A stretch of 63,241 nt of DNA, filler included, from Octopus bimaculoides (lineage: Eukaryota): assembly GCF_001194135.2 (NCBI RefSeq). It is 4 parts of 4 records of this genome, joined end to end, with 100 filler letters (N's around TTAATTAATTAA, not from the genome) between each part and the next. Parts side by side here need not be neighbours in the genome. Positions count along the whole stretch, not along the records: positions 1 to 30,714 come from NC_068991.1; positions 30,815 to 51,307 come from NC_068988.1; 2 more parts are not named here. One strand, 5' to 3'. The translations under genes and the position numbers were made by a program. Each line of letters opens with the position of its first letter. Positions within the stretch are counted from its first letter, which is position 1. Of the stretch, positions 24,591 to 36,625 are shown one piece after another. The notes beneath the pieces are model-generated. The model had not been told where the DNA came from. It was given only the letters and a program-made list of their open reading frames with translations, and searched no databases.

Positions 24591-25974
24591 AAAATTAAAT
24601 TGAATTTTAGAAAAAAAACTTGCATTTCTTAACTATTATACTTACACGTTTCTTACAGAATGTATCACATTCTCAACCCAGTTGTTGTTAAGGTGGGGGT
24701 GATCGACAAACTCGAACGAACCACTTCCCATCTTCATACAACTGTAGTTATTAATTAAAATTTTAATTGTAACTTTGAGCTTCTGGCAGCTAATTTTAAT
24801 TGTAATTTTGAGGTTCTGACTGCTAATGACAGAGCCATTTTAAAAAACTGGAATAGCCAGCCCCGTTATTTCTAAATCCTGACTACGCCCTATGATTCAT
24901 AACCTGAAACCTCCGGTTTTTCTCCATTGCAACTGAGACCCTTAGTAAATTAGACCAAGAACAAAAACATAGGCATGGAAAATAATATAAGTAACTAAAC
25001 ATTGTCCATAAATACTCGTTTCCACGCTTTTTCAAAAAGATGCAACCTACCTCGATAAATATAAATCATTCTTTTTTTATTTTCTATCTTAAACAACCGT
25101 ATCAAGTCTGTTATGTTTGTATTCACCGAAAGTTTTCAAGGGAATATTCCACTAATATCTCTTGTGTTGATTATGTATGAATATACTCAACATCAGAAAT
25201 ATTCCCCATCATTGTCTCAGGGCAATCTTTCTGCCGGATGGCATTGTATATTATTTTAGCAACAATATCATGCTGCACTTATGTATGCATTACATGTTTT
25301 GGTTTTATATTTAAAACTTCTACCAAAAGAACCAGCTTTTAACACAAAGACAAGCCTCTTTCATTGAAATTTAGATAATATCAGTTAAGTCGTGATGTAT
25401 GCTATATATGTACTTATGTGTGTGTGTGTGTATGTTTGTATATGTCTGTATCTATGTATGTATATGTCTATGTTTGTCTGTATAGATGTATGTATCTATG
25501 CATTCACGTATGTATGTATGTGTGTATGTATGTATGTATGTATGTATGTATGTATGCATGCATGCATGTATGTGTAGAGTGCAAGGCTGGCAGGATCACT
25601 TGATTTCGAAAAATTACATACGCAAGATCTTATTCCCAGCCATTTGTTCGACACACTGCCATTTCACCATCTTTAGATTTATTAATATTGCAATATATAA
25701 CTATTTCTGGTTACTAGAATGAAGCCGCTAAAGTTGGGTGGTGTATAAGTGACAATAGTTTCTAGGGTGGGGTTCAAAAACTGGTATTGAAGTGAGAGGT
25801 GCAAAACTGGGAGTAGCGTTGAAATAAAAGAAGAGGAAATAAGCAGAGCAAACTGCACTGAATGACACAAATACATAGAGAGGAAAGGGCATCGCTACCT
25901 TTTATTATGTTCATTTGAGAGTGCTGGGTTGGGTGAATGGTTGTATGTGCGCACACATGGACGTATGGATGTAT

Positions 25975-26170
25975 GGGTGTTGTTATCTACCTAAACTAAG
26001 GTCATCGCGCATCCAAAATGCTTATGATCAAAAGTATTCCAGTCATGACAACCCTGTTTCTTTTTTCTAAATAGATACGCTGCATCTAGATTCACATGGT
26101 CCACTACGTCCTTCCTTCTTGAAGACGGTGATGCGATATTGGAAAGATATCTGGTCGAGTAGCCATACAC
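25975..26170 (-). mobile_element. Repeat family D
   Basis: Aligns with the other D copies. Confidence 0.6.
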
Positions 26171-26209
26171 AATTTCCCTCCTTGATCCCTACCTATGCAT
26201 ATATGCGAT

Positions 26210-26425
26210 TGGTTTCAAATTTTGACACACGGTCAACAATATTGAGGGAGAGGATAAGTCAATTGTATTAACCCATGCGCTCGACTGTTACTTATGCTAT
26301 TGACCCTGAAAGAATGAAAGGTAAAGTCGTCCTCGGTAGAATCTGAAGTCAGAACGTGAGGACGGACGAAATGCCGCTAAGCATTTTTCCCCCGTGTGCT
26401 AACGATTCTGCCACCTTGCCGCCTT
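26210..26425 (-). mobile_element. SINE family A (tail type 2)
   Basis: Reverse complement of ggcggcaaggtggcagaatcgttagcac...ctttcattctttcagggtcaata. Confidence 0.75.
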
Positions 26426-26426
26426 A

Positions 26427-27350
26427 TGTATGTATATCATTGATATATTTCTGAAGAGATGAGCCCATGGATTCTTCATAAATCCTCTGAGTGAGATTCG
26501 ATACTGTTAACGTTCCGTTTGAAGTATTGTAAATCGACATGTGCAGGAAAATCTGGAGGATTGGGGTTTCGAGGAGAAATGTATGGATGCAGTGGTCAGT
26601 AAAAGACCTGTGAGAGGACACAGAATATGGGCAGGAAAAAGGTGAAGAGTGGAAGTAGAGGAACGTGCCTGGAGGGTGGCACAAATTAGCAAATTCCGAA
26701 GAGGCCATTGTATTACCAATAGAAAAGTCAGAGAGAAGAAACAGCATTTCTGTGCAACAGAGGTTGCAGTGTGTTTGTGAATAACTTCATGCCGATGAGC
26801 TAAGTGGTATTTCTTTCGGATAGGGTCAAAAATATTTGCGTGTGTGTGTATCAGCAACACCGTCCTTAATTGGGAGAAGAATTCCATTGTGGATTTCAAG
26901 AAAGCTTTCCACAGAATTAGTTGTTATTTGGGTTGGGATACAGAAGTATTTGGAGTCTTTGCTATGTTGAAGATGTGCGTTTGCTACGAGAGATGTTTAG
27001 TGATGGTGAGACCTTTCCTTTCAAACAGTCATAAGTGTTGTAGTTGTGTACAGTTCATGTCAATGGGGCGGAGGAGCGTGTACGATAATGATTTGTTGAT
27101 ATGTGTAATGAATGTGTACTTTTGTTGCTGGAAGGGAGAAAATAGGTTCGGTTTCAATGGTGAATATTTTTCGCGTCTCTATTTATGTTGGAAGGGGATA
27201 ACTCTTGAGTGAGATCATTTAGGGAGACGTTAGGATATCATAGACTTAAAAATAGGCGTTGCTTGAAATTAGAGCAAGCAGTGGGGAGTGGGAGTGTGGA
27301 AACAGGTGTAAAGGGTAGTTGTTAAGGGTGTTAGTCAGAAAGATTTCCAT
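26427..27350 (-). mobile_element. Possible heavily decayed L1/Tx1-type LINE 3' region
   Basis: Non-simple, protein-like minus-strand frames with a C..C block (CNLCCTE) and ...LIHTHANIF.... Ends next to CATACATA. Motif match is weak. Confidence 0.3.
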
Positions 27351-27420
27351 CAGCACACGATGTCGCGATGTTATGGCGCTCTAACTGGAACCAATGATTC
27401 CAAGAAATGGAAGAGAGCAT

Positions 27421-27595
27421 GAGAGGGTTTCTATGTGGTTGACCTACTAAAAATAACACCCAAAATATCCTTAAAATAACGCCCTACCGCCCTAGACAAA
27501 GGCACATTGAGTAATTTGGTCCTAAATTCCCCACGCACAAAGGAAAAACAGGATGGTCATGACCGGAATGCCTTTGATCACAGATCAGTTACAAA
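27421..27595 (+). mobile_element. Repeat family D
   Basis: gagagggtttctatgtggttgacc...caggatggtcatgaccggaatgcctttgatc. Confidence 0.65.
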
Positions 27596-28339
27596 TTTAT
27601 TCACTTTTGGTGTGGGAAAGTATTTGGATTTCTTTTTCCAATCCATCTGAGTTTTTATATTCGATGACAATCGATTTCAGCATTTAATATTATGGTGCTT
27701 CTAATTATTTTTGTTGCCTAAAATCACATTTTATTGCTTTTATTTTGCGCATTTTATCGATCCGGTTCTTACATAGCGATTACTCGAGCGTATCTCTAAC
27801 GTATTTATTCTCCATAAAATTTTGTCTCAGCTATTCAGTTACGTTGTCTTTTTCTTTTTTACATAAAAAAAACCGCCCAAGACTCTCTTTCCACTAAATT
27901 TAATGGAGAATTAATTCCTGTAGGCCATTTCCTATAATGTAACGACAAAACCGCAAGGTGCCCTGGTGGGAGGAAATAGATTTCACGATGAATTTTGTGA
28001 ATCCCAGCATTTCATGACAGTGGGTCTTTTATTAGAAAATATAACGTGTAGGTCAGTACTTCCAGATGACGTTTCCTGGGGGGGTAAACACTGAAGAATT
28101 TTGACGATGAAAAATGACTTCCAGACACGTTAAGGTCATACCGGCGACATTTACATTCATAATGATTTTTAATTAACTACTCGGTTTTTTCCGTTATTTT
28201 TTTTTCTATTTTTTGTTGTTACTTTTTCTTGTCAGTTTAATTGTTTCTACCTTAATAGCCGTTAATAATAGAAATATGTTTTTCATAAAGATGGTTAGCT
28301 GTTAATGAGCCATTTCGAAAAGAGTTCGATTATTTTCGA

Positions 28340-28530
28340 TCATTTCATTTTTGCTTGATTTAAGCAGAGTATTTCTACGTCCGGTTGTTTGTTTCTTTTT
28401 CCCGCTTTGCAGTATCCTGAGTAGCAGCTTTGCCTTCCTTCCTTTCGGAGTCGATAAAAAAAGTTCAGGGGTCGATGTAATCGGTTTCTCCCTCCCTTCA
28501 AAATGGGTAGCCTTGTACTAAATTTAGTTA
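28340..28530 (+). mobile_element. SINE family A, degenerate
   Basis: ctttgccttccttcctttcggagtcgataaa...ggggtcgatgtaatcgg. Confidence 0.6.
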
Positions 28531-28589
28531 GAAGGAATTATTAAAGAAATGAAATATTTTTATGCATGTATGTATGTATGTATTATGAA

Positions 28590-28805
28590 CGTGTGTCTTT
28601 GTGTCAATATTTGTCCCACACCACCGCCTGACAATAGATTTGGTGAGTTTAAGACCTCTTCACCTAGCGATTCGGCAAAAGTAATCAATAGATTAAGTAC
28701 CAGCCTTTTTATAAATGTGTACTGGGGTCTATTCGTTCGGCTGAAATTCTTCAAGGCAGTATCCCAGCATGGTTGCAGTCTAATGACTGGAACAAGTAAA
28801 AGATT
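28590..28805 (+). mobile_element. SINE family B 3' half
   Basis: ttgtcccacaccaccgcctgacaa...cccagcatggttgcagtctaatgactggaacaagtaaaaga. Confidence 0.7.
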
Positions 28806-29634
28806 ACATATATATATATATATATATATATATANNNNNNNNNNNNNNNNNNNNNNNNNNNNNNNNNNNNNNNNNNNNNNNNNNNNNNNNNNNNNNNNNN
28901 NNNNNNNNNNNNNNNNNNNNNNNNNNNNNNNNNNNNNNNNNNNNNNNNNNNNNNNNNNNNNNNNNNNNNNNNNNNNNNNNNNNNNNNNNNNNNNNNNNNN
29001 NNNNNNNNNNNNNNNNNNNNNNNNNNNNNNNNNNNNNNNNNNNNNNNNNNNNNNNNNNNNNNNNNNNNNNNNNNNNNNNNNNNNNNNNNNNNNNNNNNNN
29101 NNNNNNNNNNNNNNNNNNNNNNNNNNNNNNNNNNNNNNNNNNNNNNNNNNNNNNNNNNNNNNNNNNNNNNNNNNNNNNNNNNNNNNNNNNNNNNNNNNNN
29201 NNNNNNNNNNNNNNNNNNNNNNNNNNNNNNNNNNNNNNNNNNNNNNNNNNNNNNNNNNNNNNNNNNNNNNNNNNNNNNNNNNNNNNNNNNNNNNNNNNNN
29301 NNNNNNNNNNNNNNNNNNNNNNNNNNNNNNNNNNNNNNNNNNNNNNNNNNNNNNNNNNNNNNNNNNNNNNNNNNNNNNNNNNNNNNNNNNNNNNNTGGTC
29401 TTACTTTACAATTTCCGTAAGTATCGGAATCCGTAACTAGAGTTTCTGTAACGCAAGAATCCACGTGCTGTATATTAGAGGATGGTAACCTACGATTCAT
29501 TTTAGTTATTTACGAAATGACAATAATTGTATTATTAGGCGCACGTTTTACAATGTAATATACCTAGATACCATGCGCTGTTTATTAACCAACTTTGCTG
29601 TGCACTGAGAAATCGTGGCGGGTTAGAGATTAAG

Positions 29635-29872
29635 ATAAAAACCCCACTACGGTCGCAATGGCCATGGGATTTCGCCAAGAAAGTTCCCCTCCGCGGCACA
29701 AATTCAGGCAAGATTATTTGTGGAGGAGAAGCAGTCGCCAATGCATACCAGTGTCCCCTCTCTACGCCACTGATATTGTCCAAGTGAAATGCAAAGGCCG
29801 AAACAGTTTGGTATCAGTGACGTTGCATCTCACTTCTACAGTTGAGTGAACTGGAGTAACATGAAATAAAGT
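29635..29872 (-). mobile_element. Family-C-related SINE body with a different 3' region, 5'-truncated
   Basis: Shares the tttatttcatgttactccagttcactca block with family C, then has a distinct GC-richer tail. Confidence 0.55.
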
Positions 29873-29926
29873 ATGTGTGCGTGCGTGCGTGCGTGCGTGC
29901 ATGTGTGCAGGTATGTATGCATGTGT

Positions 29927-30236
29927 GTTCTCTTTCTGTTTTTAATTTAAAATAAACTCTGACTGGCTACCTACTTGGTAGGAAGGTTGTAAAGGAAAGT
30001 ATCTTGCTTTGTTCATCATTCTTTAAATTTGCAGATTTTTATTATCCCAGATATCGTATCATTTGTAGTGTGTATAAATTGAGGGTTTACGTTCTCTCCC
30101 TAAGGACCCAAGCTCAGCCATACTTTGCTCCAGAATGGTTGGTATGTATCCTGTTGCTCCAATAATAATAGGTATGAAGCTAAAAGTATATCTTGGGTAT
30201 CGGATTTGCAAACTCCATAGATGTCCTATTCCTAAC
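29927..30236 (-). mobile_element. Second copy of the (TACA)n-associated REL element 3' end
   Basis: Minus strand encodes SLQIRYPRYTFSFIPIIIGATGYIPTILEQSMAELGSLGRERKP. Its 3'UTR ends GAAAGAGAAC as at 1620. A (CATA)n tract abuts the 5' junction. Confidence 0.8.
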
Positions 30237-30674
30237 GTATGTATGCATGCATGCACGTATGTATGTATGTATGTATGTATGTATGTATGTATGTATGTAT
30301 GTATGCATCCATATTTATGGGTATGAATAAAGTGACAGAGAGAGGATAAGAAAGAGGGAGAATGAGATAAGGTATACAAATAATAGGTTGTGTGTGTGCG
30401 CGTGTGTGTATGTCTATGTGTGTGTAAATTGTTGTTGCCATTGAGCTCGAGATCAGCATTGATAAAGAAGGCCTGTGGTCAAAGGCATTCTATCCGTGAC
30501 CATCTATCTTTTTAGAGGCATACAGAAGTACATCATTAAATGCAATCCTATTGTAGCCCTTTCCTTATGTGATGGCAGATTTTGTGAAGGATTTGGCTAT
30601 GTATGTGTGTATGCAGATATATATATATATATATATATATTTGTATTATGTTTTATGTATGTATGTATGTACAC

Positions 30675-30714
<40 letters not shown>

Positions 30715-30814
30715 NNNNNNNNNNNNNNNNNNNNNNNNNNNNNNNNNNNNNNNNNNNNTTAATTAATTAANNNNNNNNNNNNNNNNNNNNNNNNNNNNNN
30801 NNNNNNNNNNNNNN

Positions 30815-31237
30815 AAGCACATGGTTCTGGGTTCAGTCCCACTGTGTGGCGCCTTGGGCATGTGTGTTTTACTATATCCTCGGGCCGACCAAAGCCTTGT
30901 GAGTGGATTTGGTAGACGGAAACTGAAAGAAGCCCATGGTATGTATATATATATGTGCGTGCGTATTATTTATTTATTTCCCACAAGGGGCTACACACCG
31001 AGTGGGCAAACAGGGACAGACAAATGGATTAAATCGAATATGTCGACCCCAGTGCGTAAGTGGTACTTATTTGATCGACCCCGAAAGGATAAAAGGCAAA
31101 GTCGACCTCGGCGGAATTTGCACTCAGAACGTAACGGAAGACGAAATACCGCTAAGCATTTCGCCAGGCGTGCTAACGTTTCTGCCTGCTCACCGCCTTC
31201 AGAAATAATTGTAATACTGATAGTCGTACAATTATTT

Positions 31238-31289
<52 letters not shown>

Positions 31290-31500
31290 CAGTAGTGTGT
31301 ATTTGGCCCCCACCATCGCTTGACAACCGATGTTGTTGACTTAACGTCCCCGTAACTTAGCGGTTCGGCAAAACAGACCGATGGAATAAGTACTAGGCTT
31401 ACAAAGAATAAGTCCTGGGATCGATCTGTTCGACTAAATGTGATGCTCCAGCATGGCCGCAGTCAAATGACTGAGACCAATGAAGGAATAGAAGAATAAA
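30815..31500 (+). mobile_element. SINE family B split by a nested antisense SINE A (about 30965-31200) and a (GTA)n tract
   Basis: B 5' half at 30815-30960 and B 3' half at 31300-31500, with a minus-strand A copy between them. Confidence 0.8.
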
Positions 31501-31501
31501 A

Positions 31502-31605
<104 letters not shown>

Positions 31606-31983
31606 AGAGAGAGAGAGAACATGTATGCTTGCTTCTGGTGTGAACTAATGTTAATATCAGCTTCAACAGACTCAGCGATTAAATTGCTGATAGCAAAAAC
31701 TATTGAACGTAAAGGTGAAAAGATCTGCCACTTGGGTGTTCTGAACTGTAATTGAATTGCTTTAATATGTAAAGGGGCACGAATGAACTATGTTGCTATA
31801 TTTAGTGATCTGTCTGCACTTTCATGATTTTAACAATCTGTGAGAATCGTGAGAGTGCAGACATCAACTAAGTGAAGCTCCATAACGCATCCTTGTTCCA
31901 TTGCTTCTCTGAAATAACCTAGTTCCTTCCATAAAGCAAAAACGACTATTTTGTGTAATCATCTTAATCATGTCAAGATACGC

Positions 31984-32033
<50 letters not shown>

Positions 32034-32117
32034 CACATAAAGATGTACATACGTACATACACGCAGCCCGCTCACACACACACACACATATATAGATATA
32101 TATATACATATATATCC

Positions 32118-32517
32118 TCTTTTTTTTTACTCTTTTTACGTGTATCAGTCATTTGACTACGGCTATGCTGGAGCACCGCCTTTAGTTGACCAAATCGACC
32201 CCAGGACTTGTTCTTTGTAAGCCTAGTACTTATTGCATCGGTTGTTTTGCCGAACCGGTACGTTACGGGTACGTAAACACACCAGCATTGGTTGTCAAGT
32301 GATGTTGGGGGGACAAACACAGACGCACAAACACACACACACACATATATATACATATATACGACGAGCTTCTTTCAGTTTCCGTCTACCAAATCCACTC
32401 ACAAGGCTTTGGTCGGCCCAACGCTATAGTAGAAGACACTTGCCCAAGGTGCCACGCAGTGGGACTGAATCCGGAACCATGCGGTTGGTAAGGAAGCTAC
32501 TTACCACTCCTGTGCCT
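32118..32517 (-). mobile_element. SINE family B, full length, young-looking
   Basis: Near-consensus match of both halves with a short internal tract. Confidence 0.9.
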
Positions 32518-32601
<84 letters not shown>

Positions 32602-32704
32602 GAGAGACAGGCAGACAGACAGAGAGAGACAGAGAGAGGTGGGTTAAGTTAGAGGTTATAGCAATCAGGGATACTAGTATCCTATGAATTCACTGGTGTC
32701 TTAC

Positions 32705-32990
32705 CTATATGTGATTTGTCAAATCCAATAATCGAACATTAAAAACAACAATAAAAACCAATAAGAGGACGTAGGGATTTTTATGTTTCGAGCATAGCTC
32801 TTTGTCACAATGGAAAACGGAAAAGTCCAGAGAAGGAAAAATATCACTAACAGCACGTGTGAGGTTACATGGCAGAAGTGGCCGGAATTGGGACAAGATA
32901 GCACAACCGGGTTTCCCTCCCAAACCATTAGTTGCCTCCGGGACTGTAGTAGATAGTAGTAGATACTAAAGTCAAAGTGCCGCTCCAATG
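32705..32990 (-). promoter_or_regulatory. Candidate first (non-coding) exon and promoter on the minus strand
   Basis: GC/CpG-richer unique segment with an E-box CACGTG (about 32854) and a CCAAT, ending in ATAG|GTAAGA at 32705/32704. Confidence 0.3.
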
Positions 32991-33629
32991 GAGGGAACTC
33001 AAAAACACGTGCTTCCAAAGCAAGCTTGTTAGTCACACATCCAAGGCTAGATAGTAATATGTAGATATGTGTATATATATATATCTTTGTAAAAGTTTTT
33101 CCTGCACTTGATAGATGTAAACGTGTAAGTGTTTTATGTAAATACTAACATCTATAGAGACTTCTAAGTAAATGAAAGAAACATTCTGACCAATAAACCT
33201 ACGCGAGAAAGGAACCGACTGAAGGTGACATGGTGTGACGTAAGGTCAATGAATACATAACAGAATCTATGTATGAATATTAAAAATATTTGTATAGTAA
33301 GACAAATACTGGTTATTTACTGGAAACGTCAGATTCAAGAATCCGAATCGATCAGCAATTCACTAAAAGTGACCATGTTTGTTCTTGATTCCCTTCATAA
33401 TACGTTGATATGTTTCCTACAATTTATCCGTCAGTAGTGATATATACANNNNNNNNNNGAACCCATAAAAATTTTATTAAATCCTACAAAGGTCCACCAA
33501 ATTTCATGAAATCCTACAAAGGCTCAGCAAATTCTTTTGACTAGATGATGACAGAATGCATGTACGAACGAATATCAGTTTCTTTAAAGAAGACAACAAC
33601 CCTGCCACGGGAATTAGCTGTAGGGAATT

Positions 33630-34030
33630 ATCTTTTTTTAATCACATCGACACTAATGCTCAACTGGTACTTATTTTATCGATTCTGAAAGGATGAACAG
33701 TAAAGTCGACCTCTGCAGAATTTAAACCCAGAACGTAAAGACGAACGAAATACCGCTGTTTTGCTCGACGTGCTAACGATTCTCTCAGTTCACCGCCCTA
33801 CTTAAATTTACATACACTGTTTTCAAATTTTGACAAAAGGCCAGAACCTTCGGGCGAGGGATAAGTCGATTACATCGACTGCAAGTGCTAAACAGCTATG
33901 TATTTTATTTGTACCCGAAAAGATGAAAAGCAAATTCAACCTCGGCGGAATTTCAACAAACAAAATAAAGACGAACGAATGGCGCTAAGCATTCTGTCCT
34001 GCGTGCTAAATATTCAGCCAGCTCACCGCC
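33630..34030 (-). mobile_element. Two adjacent SINE family A copies
   Basis: About 33630-33800 and 33820-34030, each with gaacgtaaagacg/cgaaatacc and gtcgacct/caacctcggcggaattt blocks. Confidence 0.75.
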
Positions 34031-34047
34031 CCATTTAAGTTTACGTA

Positions 34048-34550
34048 TACAGTAATCACTAGCCATATCGCGGTTCACTTATCGCGCCCTCAGTACATCG
34101 CGATTTTTTCTGGCTAATATATGTAAATTTATATCGCGGACTCCTCAGTATATTGCGGGTTTCAGCTGTCGATAGGTGTCTATATTTTTTTAGATTTTTG
34201 TTTCAGTGGTAAAATAAGCATTTTCATGCCAAAGAAAAAAAAAATAATAAATTAATAACTGAAAATACAGTACAGTACTGCACTGTATAACACCTTAATT
34301 AAAGTATGTTAAAAGAAAATATGTAGAGTACCGTAGATGAGTAAACAAAGAATCGCATGTACTGTATGGAAAACGAAACTCGGGAGGCGAGTGTGTGGTG
34401 TTGTTTTGCATTTATAATAAAATGAATATATACAAATGATAAAAGTAATAAAAAAAATATATAGTACAGTACTGTTTCTACTTCTCGGATTTTCACTTAC
34501 TGTGGGGAGGTTTGGAACGTAACACCCGCGATAGTTGAGGGATTAAAGTA
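34048..34550. mobile_element. pogo/Tigger-like MITE (about 500 bp)
   Basis: TA|CAGTAATCACTAGCCATATCGCGG at the left end and CCGCGATAGTTGAGGGATTAAAG|TA at the right end form imperfect TIRs with a TA target duplication. AT-rich non-coding interior. Confidence 0.7.
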
Positions 34551-35767
34551 TTGAAAAAATAAAAACGGTGTAAAACGACTTTAGTAGTCCGCATTATAAA
34601 ATGCTTAACTTTCATTCGAACATTCGATGACTCTCTCCTTTGTTTAGTTTTTTGGCATTTTTTTTTCGTCATATCTTATCTCTCTATTAGATATTTGAAA
34701 TATATGTTCAAATCTGTCTAAGCAGTATTTGCTGAGAAAAACAACACATTTTTGGTTTATAATACATATACATATAAACACGCACAGATATTCAAATATT
34801 CGTAGATACATAAATATACACACGTATATATGTATGCGTGTATCTGTCTGTACGTCAGTATCTATGTATGTATCTGCTTCAGGCACCTTCTTGGTGTCAC
34901 CTACACTTTAAAAAGATCTGATGCAACAACCTCCTGCACCGATACATGAATATTGAACCGAAAACTATCATTGATCGATATTTTATATATTTTTCTCGTT
35001 TCTTTTTTTCGTTGAATAAAATACATATATCTGTGCTTCATCGAAATGGAAGGCATAATCAGGTGTTCACACACACACACACACATATGTACACACTAAC
35101 ACACACACGCACCCACCCACCCACACACACACACACCCACACACACACACAACATACACACATAAAGCTGTTCATTCATCAGAAGCAATATACATACATA
35201 CATACATACATGCATATCTATATATATATATATATANNNNNNNNNNNNNNNNNNNNNNNNNNNNNNNATATATACAAATATATATATATATATATGCATA
35301 TATCTTTTTCTATGTATGCTTGCATCTACGTGTAAGTGTGTGTGTGTGTGAGTGCATCTATTTATATTTATATATATTAGTGTTTTATAGGAGAGAGACA
35401 CAAAAAGAGAAAGAGCGAGAAAGAGAAGGGAAATAACATATATGAAAAAAAGTATATACTTACATGCGTGTAAGCATATAATTATGCATACATACAAATT
35501 TTTGTGTTTATAGTTTTTCATGCATATAGTAACCATAAGGAAAATGCAGTCTGTTGATGCGAATGTAACAAATCTGTTCTTTTCTTCTATGTAAAGTTGA
35601 CTAGGTCATTTGAGTTGAATATAACCAGATAATGCAAGCAAGGCAGGTTGCACTTAAAGATTCGCTATAGGTTTGTCGATCTTCTATCCTCGCAGTAAGC
35701 TGTGCATTGGAATGCGCACGTATGTGTATGTGCTTGTTTGTGAGTGTACGTTATTTGTGTGTGTTTA

Positions 35768-35803
<36 letters not shown>

Positions 35804-36419
35804 TATACATGTTGGTGTGTGTGTCTGTGTGTGTCTGTGTGTCTCAGTGTTTGCACAAGACTATATGCGCCTTTTTGTATATAGTATAAGTTTCTATCGA
35901 TGAAACTACAATTCTAACGTATGCTCTCTGTTTCGCTGACTAATTCAATTTGAAGATTATATGTTGGAGACCTTGAAAACCTCAAGATTTGAAGATTATT
36001 GATTTAACACTCAGTATGCAAACCAAGAAACCGGTGTAATAAAGAAGATTTAACATCGAAACTCTGTTGTCAATAAATCTCTTTCCCACTGATTTTCATA
36101 AAAAATCTCTTTATATATATATATCAGCGTTATACATTTTTTTTGCAATATTTAGTATTGCTTCTATCGTTGCTGTAACAAAAATGCTTTCTAACAAAGG
36201 AACAAAGGTAAATTGATGAAATTTACGAAATAATACAGGTAGAATGTTCCATGTTAAAATACAGAAATGGCTTGAAAATTTTTATAGTTCCGCTTACAGA
36301 TTATATTTCCAAAATACATTTAATTCCGTTATTTCATGTGCTTCCTTGAAATCCTGAATACTCTAGCTTGTCGAGTATTCTGGTTAGACAGTTAGTAATC
36401 TAACTAACCAAATTTGTTT

Positions 36420-36625
36420 GTGTGTATTTGTGCTTGTGTTTGTTCCTCACCATCGCTTGACAACTTGTGTTGGTGTGTTTATGTCCCCGTAATATAGCGA
36501 TTCAGCAAAAGAGACCAATCGAGTAAGTATTAGGTTTAAAAGTAAATGAGTACTGGGTTCGACTGGTTTGACTAACACCCTTGAAGGTAATCCAACAGTA
36601 TGGCCGGAGCCAAATGACTGTAACT
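36420..36625 (+). mobile_element. SINE family B 3' half
   Basis: ttgttcctcaccatcgcttgacaac...tgtccccgtaatatagcg...atggccggagccaaatgactg. Confidence 0.7.

Noticed and set aside
30759-30770. TTAATTAATTAA islands centred inside N-runs (also 51352-51363 and 60570-60581)
   Set aside because: An identical 12-mer in the middle of three gaps is best explained as a scaffolding or linker artefact, not genomic sequence.
35618-35642. 13-nt match to miR-277 (TGCATTATCTGGT) on the minus strand
   Set aside because: The seed region does not match and no precursor hairpin is visible.
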